In this document: piece after piece, positions 9,436 through 17,924 of the stretch
How the letters are laid out: each line of letters starts with the position of its first letter
Position numbering within the stretch: position 1 is the first letter of the stretch
Origin: an uncultured Desulfarculus sp.
GTDB taxonomy: Bacteria > Desulfobacterota > Desulfarculia > Desulfarculales > Desulfarculaceae
DNA length: 64,000 nucleotides
NCBI GenBank assembly: GCA_963665125.2
Contig: CAXXUK010000001.1
Location: 2,944,001 to 3,008,000 of the forward strand
Direction of reading: 5' to 3'
The notes under the pieces: model-generated
What the model saw: the letters and a program-made list of their open reading frames with translations, nothing else
Database searches by the model: none
What the model was told of the DNA's origin: nothing
Position numbers and translations under genes: made by a program

Positions 9436-10743
9436 TCAAGCCGCCCGGCCGCCGCTGCGGGCCGCCAGGTACTTGGCCGCGCCCATGGCCGCCGCGCCCG
9501 CCTCGGCGATGCTGTCGACGATGTCTTTTGGCCCGGCCGCCGCGCCGCAGGTAAACACGCCCTCCATGTCGGTGAGCGCCGGGGCCAGCTTGGCGTTGGG
9601 CACGCTGAGGAAACCGTCCATGGCGCTGGTGGCGTCGATGATTCCCTGGGGCTCAAAGGCCGGCAACATGGCCAAAGACATCACCACCAGGTCGTGGTCC
9701 CGGGTCACGGCCCCTCCGCCGTTCTCCTGGTCTTCGTAGCGCAGTTGCACCGAGCCGTCGGGGTTGTTGGCGCTGATGACGGGCTTGGCCTTGACAAACT
9801 CCACACCCATGGCCTTGGCGTTGTTGTAGAACTGCTCGTAGTTCTTGCCGAAGGCGCGGATGTCCATGTAGTAGATCGTCAGGTCGGCCAAAGGCAGCGC
9901 GCCGGAGAGCAGCATGGCCTGCTTGATGGCGTACATGCAGCAGACCCGTGAGCAATAGGGCTTGCCCAATTGCAGGTCGCGGCTGCCCGCGCACTGGATG
10001 AAGGCCACCGACTCGGGCTCCTTGCCGTCGCCGGGCCGCAGCACCCGCATGTACGGGCCATGGGGGGCCAGCAGGCGCTCCATCTGCAAACTGGAGATGA
10101 CGTTGTCTCCCAGGCCCGGCGCGCCGTAGGCCCTCTGGGGATAGTCGGTCATCAGCTCGAAGCCTGTGGAAAGCACCATGGCGTCGGCCTCGATGATGAA
10201 ATGTTCTTCGGTCTGGAGCTGGTCCACGGCCCCGGTGGGGCAGACCTTGGAGCACTTGCCGCACATCATGCAGTTGTCGCGGTCGATGAGGGCAAGCTGG
10301 GGGATGGCATTGGAAAACGGGATATAGATGGCCTTGCGGGCCGTGAAGCCGCCCTGCTCCTGGTCGGGCACCATCACCGGGCACTCGTATTCGCACTGGC
10401 GGCAGCCGATGCACTTGGCCGGGTCCACATAACGGGGGAGCTGGGTCACCTGGGCCTTGATATGGCCGTTCACCCGCCGGGCCCCATCCAGGCGGCACAA
10501 GGTCAGTAAGGTAATGTTTGGGTGGTGGGCCGCGGCGGCCATTTTCGGCGTGGTGATGCAGCTTGCGCAGTCCAGGGTGGGAAAGACCTTGGACAGGCGG
10601 ATCATCTTGCCGCCGATAGTGGCGTCACGCTCCAGCACGGCCACCTTGTAGCCCGCGTCGGCCAGATCCAGCGCCGCGGCCAGACCGGCTATGCCGCCGC
10701 CCAGGACCAGGCTGTCGAATCGCATGGTTTGTTCGCTTGGCAT
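9436..10743 (-). CDS. hdrA: HdrA-like flavoprotein with inserted ferredoxin, lacking the N- and C-terminal domains
   Basis: GGGIAG, FPTLDCASC, CIGCRQCEYECP, CMMCGKCSKVCP, CAGSRD...YCSRVCCMYAIK and GPKDI motifs. Confidence 0.92.
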   Translation of the reverse strand: MPSEQTMRFDSLVLGGGIAGLAAALDLADAGYKVAVLERDATIGGKMIRLSKVFPTLDCASCITTPKMAAAAHHPNITLLTLCRLDGARRVNGHIKAQVTQLPRYVDPAKCIGCRQCEYECPVMVPDQEQGGFTARKAIYIPFSNAIPQLALIDRDNCMMCGKCSKVCPTGAVDQLQTEEHFIIEADAMVLSTGFELMTDYPQRAYGAPGLGDNVISSLQMERLLAPHGPYMRVLRPGDGKEPESVAFIQCAGSRDLQLGKPYCSRVCCMYAIKQAMLLSGALPLADLTIYYMDIRAFGKNYEQFYNNAKAMGVEFVKAKPVISANNPDGSVQLRYEDQENGGGAVTRDHDLVVMSLAMLPAFEPQGIIDATSAMDGFLSVPNAKLAPALTDMEGVFTCGAAAGPKDIVDSIAEAGAAAMGAAKYLAARSGGRAA

Positions 10744-10766
10744 GGCTTTGGAACCTTTCCGGCGGA

Positions 10767-11189
10767 TCAGGCCGCCTTGCCCTCGCTGCCCGGTGCTCCC
10801 AACTCGGCCACCACCTCGCCCATCTTGTTCACTTCGTTCAAGAAGGCGCGGTTGCACACCGTGCAGATGGCGGTCAGGCGCAGCCGCCTGATGTCCAGGC
10901 CCCTTTGCTTCATCAGCGGATAGATGCGGTCCACCCGCTTGGCCAGGGCCTCGTAGGCTCCTTCGTAGGGGCACTCCACCCCGCAGGACATGATGATGAT
11001 GCCGCCTATTCCCTTTTCAAAGCAGTCCAGGTAGAACTGCTCCGGAAACAGGGCCGGGGTGGGGGTGCGGATTATGTAGGTGTTGTCCGGGTAGTTTTGA
11101 TGAGCCTGTCCCACCGAGTTGGCTCCGGGATAGGAGCAGTCCTCGGTGGCCAGGATCAAGATTGGATACTTGTTGGCGCAAGCGTCCAT
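10767..11189 (-). CDS. mvhD: MvhD/FlpD-like iron-sulfur subunit (atypical)
   Basis: CSYPGANSVG, YPDNTYIIR, GIIIMSCGVECPY and GLDIRRLRL motifs; adjacent to hdrA. Confidence 0.8.
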   Translation of the reverse strand: MDACANKYPILILATEDCSYPGANSVGQAHQNYPDNTYIIRTPTPALFPEQFYLDCFEKGIGGIIIMSCGVECPYEGAYEALAKRVDRIYPLMKQRGLDIRRLRLTAICTVCNRAFLNEVNKMGEVVAELGAPGSEGKAA

Positions 11190-11193
11190 GGCG

Positions 11194-11448
11194 CTACTTC
11201 TGGCGGCGCACGAAAATGCGTTCGTAGCCGTCAGCCTCCGCGTGGCCCAGGTATTCGTGCCCGACCTTCTTGGCCCAGATGGGGATGTCGTCCTTGGTGC
11301 CGGGGTCGTTGGAGAGCACCTCGAGGACCTCGCCTACCATCACCGAACCGATGGCCTTTTTGGCCTCAAGCAGGGGGCCGGGGCAGGCGCTGCCGCGGGC
11401 GTCGACACTGGAAGCGTGGCTGGGAATTTCACTAAGCAATTGAGACAT
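11194..11448 (-). CDS. tusA: TusA family sulfurtransferase
   Basis: VDARGSACPGPLLEAKKAI (CPxP) and GEVLEVLSND motifs; start MSQLLS after AGGAGG. Confidence 0.9.
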   Translation of the reverse strand: MSQLLSEIPSHASSVDARGSACPGPLLEAKKAIGSVMVGEVLEVLSNDPGTKDDIPIWAKKVGHEYLGHAEADGYERIFVRRQK

Positions 11449-11607
11449 GGTCTTCCTCCTATGAACTTTTGAAACCGTTGGTTTGAATCTCTTAATCGAT
11501 TCCACTCAGGGGCCGAATCCGGCGCTTGGGCGGAACGCTTGGGCCGGTGTTTTTTGGGGTTGCCAAAACCGCCATACCTTGATTTGCTTGTTACCGCCCA
11601 GGGATAG

Positions 11608-11624
11608 AGCAAGCATGGTGCCAA
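11608..11624 (-). promoter_or_regulatory. Sigma54 (-24/-12) promoter of the tusA-hdr operon
   Basis: Minus strand reads TTGGCACCATGCTTGCT, an exact TGGCAC-N5-TTGCW match about 160 bp upstream of tusA. Confidence 0.85.
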
Positions 11625-11698
11625 AGAGGAAGTTACGATTATTTAAGATGGATATTCAGCAGTTTACAAAAATGATATAATCGGCGTGGCTGGCCAAA

Positions 11699-11756
11699 GT
11701 TAACCATATCAGAAACGTATGTTAATTTTTGTTAACCAACCCCGGATTCAATTAAC
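11699..11756. promoter_or_regulatory. Candidate enhancer-binding-protein sites
   Basis: GTTAAC (11699), GTTAA-N6-TTAAC palindrome (11721-11736) and ATTAAC (11751), 75-130 bp upstream of the sigma54 site. Confidence 0.45.
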
Positions 11757-11835
11757 GCCGCCGGTGTTGCGCTGAACATGGTCAAACCGGCCAACACAAT
11801 TGACAGGCCAAAGCCGATGTTCTAAGTAAGGTTTT

Positions 11836-13596
11836 ATGGAAAAAAGCATGGACATCTTTTTCTTGATCTTTCAGGCGGCGGTGGTCTACGCAACGGTTCT
11901 GGGCACCCACGCCGCCCGGAACAAATGGGGCCTGCACCCCTTTTACAGCCTGTTGGGCTGCCTGGCCGCCATCATGGCCTGGGTCACCGATTCCGGGGCA
12001 GCCATACAGATCGGCGAAATGACCTTTCTCGTAGGATCGACGGTCTACTATTCCGCGCTACTGTTGGGCGTGCTGGTCGTCTATGTCTTTGACGGACCCC
12101 AGGTCACCCAGCGGGCCATTTTCATCATCATCGGCGCTTCGGTTCTGACACCCATCGCCGCGGCCGCCGTGCATATGCAGGCGCACCTGGGCGGGCTGGC
12201 GGCCCAGGCCGGGGTGCCCGTGCCCAGCCTGCGCATCAACTCGGCCTCGGTCGTCACGTCGTTCATTGACTTCATCTTCCTGGCCATCACCTGGGAGTTT
12301 TTCAACCGCACCCGGAAAATCAGTCTGGCCCCAAAGGTATTGCTGGTGATGTTGGGGGTGATGTGCCTTGACGGCCTGCTGTTCACGGCCGGCGCCTTTG
12401 CCGGGCATCCGGAATACGCGGCCATTGTCCGGGCCGCCCTGCTGACCAGAATCCTGACGAGTTTGATGGCGGCCCCGGTGGTATGGCTCTACATTCAGCA
12501 CCAATTCGACAAAAAGGGCACTTTCATAGTCAACCGGCCCTTGCTGGCCATCTTGCAGCGCATGACCGAAATGGAGCGGGAACTGGGCCAGGCCCACAGC
12601 GAGATCGAGCGCCGCAAGGCGGCGGAGATCGAGCTCAAACGCAGCGAGGAGCGCCTGGCTTGCGCCATCGAAGCCAGCGGAGCGGCGGTCTACGAGGTCG
12701 ACCTGACCAACCGCAAAGAAATCTACGTCAGCGACAGGTGGTCGGAAATTCTCGGCTATGAAAAGGACGAGCTGAGCGATCCGGGAGACGTCGCGGCTTT
12801 TTGGCTTTCGAAAATTCATCCCCAGGAACGGGACAAGGTGGAATCCGCCCTGACGGCGTTTCTGGAGGGCCGCGTCCACAAACTGGATCTGGAGTTCAAG
12901 GCCAGACGCAAGGACGGCACCTGGGCCTATATCCACGAAATGGCGCGCGTCGTGGAGCACGACCCAACCGGCGCGCCGGTCAAGCTGGTGGGCGTGCAAC
13001 TGGACATCTCCGACCGGAAGCTGGCCGAACTGGAGCGCGAGCAACTCATTGACGAACTCGAGCATGCCCAGGAAAACCTGCTGAGCCTTTCCCTGCGCGA
13101 CGGCTTGACCGGCCTGGCCAACCGGCGTCACATGGATCAGGTCATGCCCCAATATTGGCGCAGATCATGGGCCGGCGGCATACCCCTGGCCGTGATCATG
13201 GCCGACATTGATTTTTTCAAGAACTACAATGACACCTACGGCCATCTTCAGGGCGACGAGTGTCTGAGGCGCATTGCCGGGGCTTTGCAGGCGGTTCTGC
13301 ACCGGCCCGAGGATTTTCTGGCCAGATACGGCGGAGAGGAATTTGTGATGATCTTGCCGGGAACCGATGCGGCCGGAGCCGAACAGGTTGCCGAGGCCGC
13401 CCGGCTGGCCGTGCATAATTTGGCAATCGCCCACGCAAGCTCGGGGGTTGCCGATACGGTAACGATTTCCCTGGGGGTGGCGTCCAGCCCCCAGAGCCGG
13501 GCCGACAGCGCGGTGACGCTGTTGAAACTGGCCGACGCCGCCCTGTACAAGGCAAAGGAGACCGGGCGCGACAGGGTTTTCTCGGCGCAAGCCTAG
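11836..13596 (+). CDS. Membrane-bound diguanylate cyclase (multi-TM domain, PAS/PAC, GGDEF)
   Basis: About 7 TM segments, PAS (WSEILGY, IHPQE), DGLTGLANRR, DIDFFKNYNDTYGH, RPED I-site and GGEEF. Confidence 0.92.
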   Translation: MEKSMDIFFLIFQAAVVYATVLGTHAARNKWGLHPFYSLLGCLAAIMAWVTDSGAAIQIGEMTFLVGSTVYYSALLLGVLVVYVFDGPQVTQRAIFIIIGASVLTPIAAAAVHMQAHLGGLAAQAGVPVPSLRINSASVVTSFIDFIFLAITWEFFNRTRKISLAPKVLLVMLGVMCLDGLLFTAGAFAGHPEYAAIVRAALLTRILTSLMAAPVVWLYIQHQFDKKGTFIVNRPLLAILQRMTEMERELGQAHSEIERRKAAEIELKRSEERLACAIEASGAAVYEVDLTNRKEIYVSDRWSEILGYEKDELSDPGDVAAFWLSKIHPQERDKVESALTAFLEGRVHKLDLEFKARRKDGTWAYIHEMARVVEHDPTGAPVKLVGVQLDISDRKLAELEREQLIDELEHAQENLLSLSLRDGLTGLANRRHMDQVMPQYWRRSWAGGIPLAVIMADIDFFKNYNDTYGHLQGDECLRRIAGALQAVLHRPEDFLARYGGEEFVMILPGTDAAGAEQVAEAARLAVHNLAIAHASSGVADTVTISLGVASSPQSRADSAVTLLKLADAALYKAKETGRDRVFSAQA

Positions 13597-13608
13597 CTCA
13601 CAACCGAT

Positions 13609-14109
13609 TCAAACCTTATTTTCGCAGTCGCGGATACACTGTTTGCAACGCGTGTCGTCGCGCCCAGTGGAGCAAAACTTGTCGAAGGACTCCAGCCAGT
13701 CCACGCCGGCCCTTGGGCATTCTCGTAAAAACGTCAGAAACGCCACCAGGCTGTTTGTTGATTCCTCGTCCAGGGCGTGTTCCACGCGACAGGCTATTTC
13801 ATCTGAATGTTCCGATTCCAGCCGCAAAAAATCATGGAAAAATTCCCTGAGCACCTTGTGGCGGCGCACTACCTCCTGGGCCTTTTTCTTGCCCAGGGTG
13901 GTCAGGGTTATATAGCTGTACGGCTCGTAGTTTATCAGCCCCCTGTCGGCAAGGGTCTTTAGTGCAGTTGTCACCGAGGCCCTGGCCACGCCGACCCTGT
14001 CGGCAATGTCCTTGGCCCTGGCCACCCTTTGCTGTTGCTCCAGGTGAAAAATCGCTTCCAGATAATCTTCCAGACTTGAAGTCAGGTCCTTTTGCTCTTG
14101 GGCTGTCAT
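13609..14109 (-). CDS. DtxR/MntR family metal-dependent regulator
   Basis: SLEDYLEAI, ARAKDIA, RRHKVL and ACRVEH motifs; Cys-rich C-terminal tail. Confidence 0.92.
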   Translation of the reverse strand: MTAQEQKDLTSSLEDYLEAIFHLEQQQRVARAKDIADRVGVARASVTTALKTLADRGLINYEPYSYITLTTLGKKKAQEVVRRHKVLREFFHDFLRLESEHSDEIACRVEHALDEESTNSLVAFLTFLRECPRAGVDWLESFDKFCSTGRDDTRCKQCIRDCENKV

Positions 14110-14239
14110 CTCATACCCTCAACTAATTTCCGAATCGTAACTCTGTTGTTCAATTATTAATATAACCTCCTAAATTTTTTTATCACACTCTAATTTTTAT
14201 TTATAATCACATAAAAGTTTATAGGCATTACAGAAATAT

Positions 14240-15115
14240 CTATTGCGGCTTGTAGTTTTCGACCAACATTGCCTTTAGCAATTCCAGGGGGCTGACATTC
14301 AAGGAATCGGCGGCCTTTTTCAAGGGGTCGTTGCGATCGACCTTCCAGCCCAGCTTGGCCAGCCTGGCCTCGATGGCCTCCACGCCTTGGCCACTCATCC
14401 CGGCAACTTCGGGCAAGGTCTTGCGGCCGATGCCGCTGCCGGCAAAGGCCTCCTCCACTTCCTGGGGAGTGAACGTCCGAGCCTCGACCTTGGGCTGCCT
14501 TTCCAGATGCTTGATCAATACGAACAGTTCGGCCGGCGTGGTGTTGTTGGCCTTGGCGATGTCCCCAAAGCTCTGGTTTTCGCTTTCTATCTTGATGCCC
14601 TTCTGGCGCAGGGCGTCCATGGCCTGCTGCAAGGGCACGCGGGTCTTTTTGCAGAACACGGCCAGGGCCAGTTCCTCGGCATGGCCAAAGGGCGGTTCCT
14701 GGTCGGGCCCGGTGACCCACGACGCCTTGACAAAGGCATTGAAGTCGAAGACATAGCTGAACGGCGCATAGGGCAATACGCCGCTGAGGCAGATGGCCAG
14801 GGTCAGCACTGCGGCCAGGGCCAGTTCCCGGCCGAAGCGCAGGGAGCCCTTGAGCTTGGCGATGAAATAATTTTTCAGCGGGGTCCAGTTGAAATAGATG
14901 TGAAAGCCGCCCGCCGTCAGGAACAGCAGGGAGGCGATGATGTGCATGTTGGCCCACTGATCTTTGGTCAGGCCCCAGAAATGCCAGTCGGTCCAATAAG
15001 CTATGCGGCCGTGGGGCATGATGTAGGCGATGACGCCGCTTATGGCCATCACCAGAAAGGCGCAGGTGAGGATCAGCGAAGTGAGGACCCTGCCGTTGAA
15101 TTTCTTGTCTGCCAT
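14240..15115 (-). CDS. DUF4405 domain membrane protein
   Basis: SGVIAYIMPHGRIAYW..W...GLTKDQW..MH...FHIYFNW and PPFGHAE motifs. Confidence 0.85.
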   Translation of the reverse strand: MADKKFNGRVLTSLILTCAFLVMAISGVIAYIMPHGRIAYWTDWHFWGLTKDQWANMHIIASLLFLTAGGFHIYFNWTPLKNYFIAKLKGSLRFGRELALAAVLTLAICLSGVLPYAPFSYVFDFNAFVKASWVTGPDQEPPFGHAEELALAVFCKKTRVPLQQAMDALRQKGIKIESENQSFGDIAKANNTTPAELFVLIKHLERQPKVEARTFTPQEVEEAFAGSGIGRKTLPEVAGMSGQGVEAIEARLAKLGWKVDRNDPLKKAADSLNVSPLELLKAMLVENYKPQ

Positions 15116-15238
15116 GAAAAGGACCTCCTGCCCGGAAATGAGAAAGACGCTTGACCCGGCTTGTATTTATATAGGTTACTTATGATTATGACCGTAAAAG
15201 TTCAAGACATTTAATTCATCCGGCGCCTGGAGGATGGT

Positions 15239-16219
15239 ATGCGAACCCGTGCAAATTTGCAAACGTTCCTAATTCTATGCTTGGGGCTTTGTTGCGCCGC
15301 CACCTCCGCCAGGGCCGAAAATCCCATTTTCCCTGCCGTGTTTTCCGATGACCCGGCCCAGGTGGCCGCCGTCATAAAAGCCGATCCCAAAGCCGTTACG
15401 GCTATAGATGAAATCAGTAAGGAGACGGCCCTTATCAGGGCTTGCTCGTTGCATGAATGGGCCAAAAAACGCAACAAGATGATCGCCCTGCTGCTCGACA
15501 GCGGCTCCGACCCCAACGCCAAAAACTTCATCGGCGACACGCCGTTGCACTTCGCCGCCGCCGCGGGCAATGTTGAAGGCGTCAGGCTCCTGTTGGCCAA
15601 GGGCGCCGACCCCGGCGCGGCCAACAACGAGGGGGAAACACCACTGCAATACGCCTCCAGGGAGGGCCACGCCCAGGTGATCGAGCTGTTGATGGCCCGG
15701 GGAGCATCGTCGGGCGCTCAGACGGCATCCGGTTGCGGACCGCTTTACGAGGCGGCCGGGCAAGGCAACCTGGACATCGTAGTCAAGCTATTGGATTCAG
15801 GGGCTGAAATTGATCAGCCGTGCGGCTCCTACGACCGCACGCCCCTGGGCAAAGCCAGCGCAAAAGGGCACTTGGAGGTGGTCAAGTTTTTAGTCCAGCG
15901 CGGCGCGGATATCAACTACCAGGACGGCGAGGGATTCAACGCCCTGCACCAGGCGGCGTTCTGGGACCAGCGCAAAGTCGCGGCGTTTCTGCTGGTGCGC
16001 GGGGTGGATAAAAATGCCCGGGACGCCAAGGGGCGCACTCCATTGCACCAGGCGGCCAAGGAAGGGCACCGGATAATGGCGGAGCTTTTGGTCAGCTACG
16101 GGGCCTCTATCAACGCCGTTGACGCCAAGGGCAAAACGCCCTTGGATCTGGCCAAGTCAGAGGGCTACAACAAGGTTGCCGCTTTTCTTGAACAAAAAGG
16201 CGGCAAGCCGGGCAAGTAA
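15239..16219 (+). CDS. Secreted ankyrin-repeat protein
   Basis: Signal peptide; repeated G-TPLH-AA--G---V-LLL--GAD units. Confidence 0.92.
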   Translation: MRTRANLQTFLILCLGLCCAATSARAENPIFPAVFSDDPAQVAAVIKADPKAVTAIDEISKETALIRACSLHEWAKKRNKMIALLLDSGSDPNAKNFIGDTPLHFAAAAGNVEGVRLLLAKGADPGAANNEGETPLQYASREGHAQVIELLMARGASSGAQTASGCGPLYEAAGQGNLDIVVKLLDSGAEIDQPCGSYDRTPLGKASAKGHLEVVKFLVQRGADINYQDGEGFNALHQAAFWDQRKVAAFLLVRGVDKNARDAKGRTPLHQAAKEGHRIMAELLVSYGASINAVDAKGKTPLDLAKSEGYNKVAAFLEQKGGKPGK

Positions 16220-16226
16220 GAACCGC

Positions 16227-16266
16227 GCCGCCCGCCGCGTCAAATATTGGTGACGCGGGCGGCTTT
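16227..16266 (+). terminator. Possible intrinsic terminator
   Basis: GC-rich stem (CGCGTCA/TGACGCG extended by GCCGCC/GGCGGC) followed by TTT. Confidence 0.5.
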
Positions 16267-16342
16267 GAGTTGCCACCCGCCGCGCTTTTGGGGCACCATG
16301 AATTGATACTATCCGATCCTCTAGCATTCAGGACTTTGCCAT

Positions 16343-16801
16343 ATGTCTAAAGGCCTATTCAGCACGCCCGTGATCTGGATTTTGGTGGGCTTCGCCTTCG
16401 CGGCCGTGGAATTGCTCATACCCGGTTTCATCCTGATCTTTTTCGCCATCGGCGCCTGGATCACCGCGGCGCTGACGTTTTTCCTGCCCCTGGGCTTCGG
16501 CTGGCAATTGGCCGTGTTCATCGCCGCCTCGCTGCTGACCCTGCTGACCCTGCGCAAATACATGGCCAAGGCCTTTCGCGGCGATACGGCCGATGAGCGC
16601 GGCGACACCGTGGAGCAGGCCGACATCGGCAAGCTGGCCACCGTGACCAAGGACATTACGCCCACCTTTCCGGGCGAGATCAAATACCGCGGCAGCTTCT
16701 GGAAGGCCGCGGCTGCAACCAATATCCAGGCGGGCCAAAACGTGCGCATAACCGGAAGAAGCGCCGACGACTCGCAGATGTTCAACGTGGAAACAGTTTA
16801 A
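16343..16801 (+). CDS. NfeD family protein (short type)
   Basis: AVELLIPGFILIFFAIGA, three TMs and OB-fold GEIKYRGSFWKA; adjacent to an SPFH gene. Confidence 0.9.
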   Translation: MSKGLFSTPVIWILVGFAFAAVELLIPGFILIFFAIGAWITAALTFFLPLGFGWQLAVFIAASLLTLLTLRKYMAKAFRGDTADERGDTVEQADIGKLATVTKDITPTFPGEIKYRGSFWKAAAATNIQAGQNVRITGRSADDSQMFNVETV

Positions 16802-16818
16802 ATACGGGGAGTTGAAAG

Positions 16819-17754
16819 ATGGACACATGGATCAGCGGCGGTGCCATAACCTTTGCGGTTCTTACTATTTTCATAATTATCATCCTCATAAAAACCGCGG
16901 TGGTGGTGCCCCAACGCACCGAGGCCGTGGTTGAGCGTCTGGGCAAGTACAGCCGGACCCTGGGCGCGGGCTTCCACGTGCTCATCCCCTTCCTGGACAA
17001 GGTGGCCTACAAGCGCTCGCTCAAGGAAGAGGTCATGGACATCCCCTCCCAGGTCTGCATCACCCGGGACAACGTCTCGGTGCAGATCGACGGCGTGATC
17101 TATTTGCAGGTCCAGGACGCCAAGATGTCGGCCTACGGCATCGACGACTACCGCATGGGCGCCACCCAGCTGTCCCAGACCTCGCTGCGTTCGGCCATCG
17201 GCAAGATCGACCTGGACAAGACTTTCGAAGAGCGCGAGACCATCAACCAGCAGGTGGTTGAGGCCGTGGACGAGGCGGCCCAGAACTGGGGCATCAAGGT
17301 CCTGCGTTACGAGATCAAGGACATCACCCCGCCCGACAGCGTGATGAACGCCATGGAGGCCCAGATGAAGGCCGAGCGCGAAAAGCGCGCCGAGATCGCC
17401 CGCTCCGAGGGCGAGCGCCAGGCCAAGATCAACCGGGCCGAGGGTCTCAAGCAGGAGGCCATCAGCATCTCCGAGGGCGAGAAGGCCAAGCGCATCAACG
17501 AGGCCGAGGGCCGCGCCGCCGAAATCGAGCTGGTGGCCAAGGCCACGGCCGAGGGTCTGCGCCAGGTGGCCGAATCCGTGGCCGGGCCGGGCGGATACGA
17601 CGCGGCCAACCTGCGCATCGCCGAGAAGTATCTGGCCGAGTTCGGCAACATGGCCAAGCAGAGCAACACCATGATCGTGCCGGGCAACATGAGCGATCTG
17701 TCGGGCATGATCGCCGCGGCCACCAGCGTGTTCAAGAAGGCCAGCCAGGCCTAA
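16819..17754 (+). CDS. SPFH/stomatin-like protein (QmcA/paraslipin)
   Basis: VERLGKY, ITRDNV, WGIKVLRYEIKDI and QMKAEREKRA motifs. Confidence 0.95.
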   Translation: MDTWISGGAITFAVLTIFIIIILIKTAVVVPQRTEAVVERLGKYSRTLGAGFHVLIPFLDKVAYKRSLKEEVMDIPSQVCITRDNVSVQIDGVIYLQVQDAKMSAYGIDDYRMGATQLSQTSLRSAIGKIDLDKTFEERETINQQVVEAVDEAAQNWGIKVLRYEIKDITPPDSVMNAMEAQMKAEREKRAEIARSEGERQAKINRAEGLKQEAISISEGEKAKRINEAEGRAAEIELVAKATAEGLRQVAESVAGPGGYDAANLRIAEKYLAEFGNMAKQSNTMIVPGNMSDLSGMIAAATSVFKKASQA

Positions 17755-17775
17755 AACCAATAAAAGCCCATTGCG

Positions 17776-17805
17776 AGAGCCTGCCCCACGGGGCGGGCTC
17801 TTTTT
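17776..17805 (+). terminator. Intrinsic terminator
   Basis: GAGCCTGCCC-cacg-GGGCGGGCTC followed by TTTTT. Confidence 0.8.
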
Positions 17806-17924
17806 GTCGCATGGCGGCAACATCCCCGCCGGTATGGGCCAATTTAATATGGACACCCCGCCCCGCCCCGTCCTAATCTCTGAATTACCTTTTTCGCCGC
17901 CCACGCCAGCCAAAGGAGCCCGGC

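Noticed and set aside
14110..14240. DtxR/MntR operator in the AT-rich gap (also 15160-15210)
   Set aside because: Only weak, imperfect symmetry; no convincing shared palindrome
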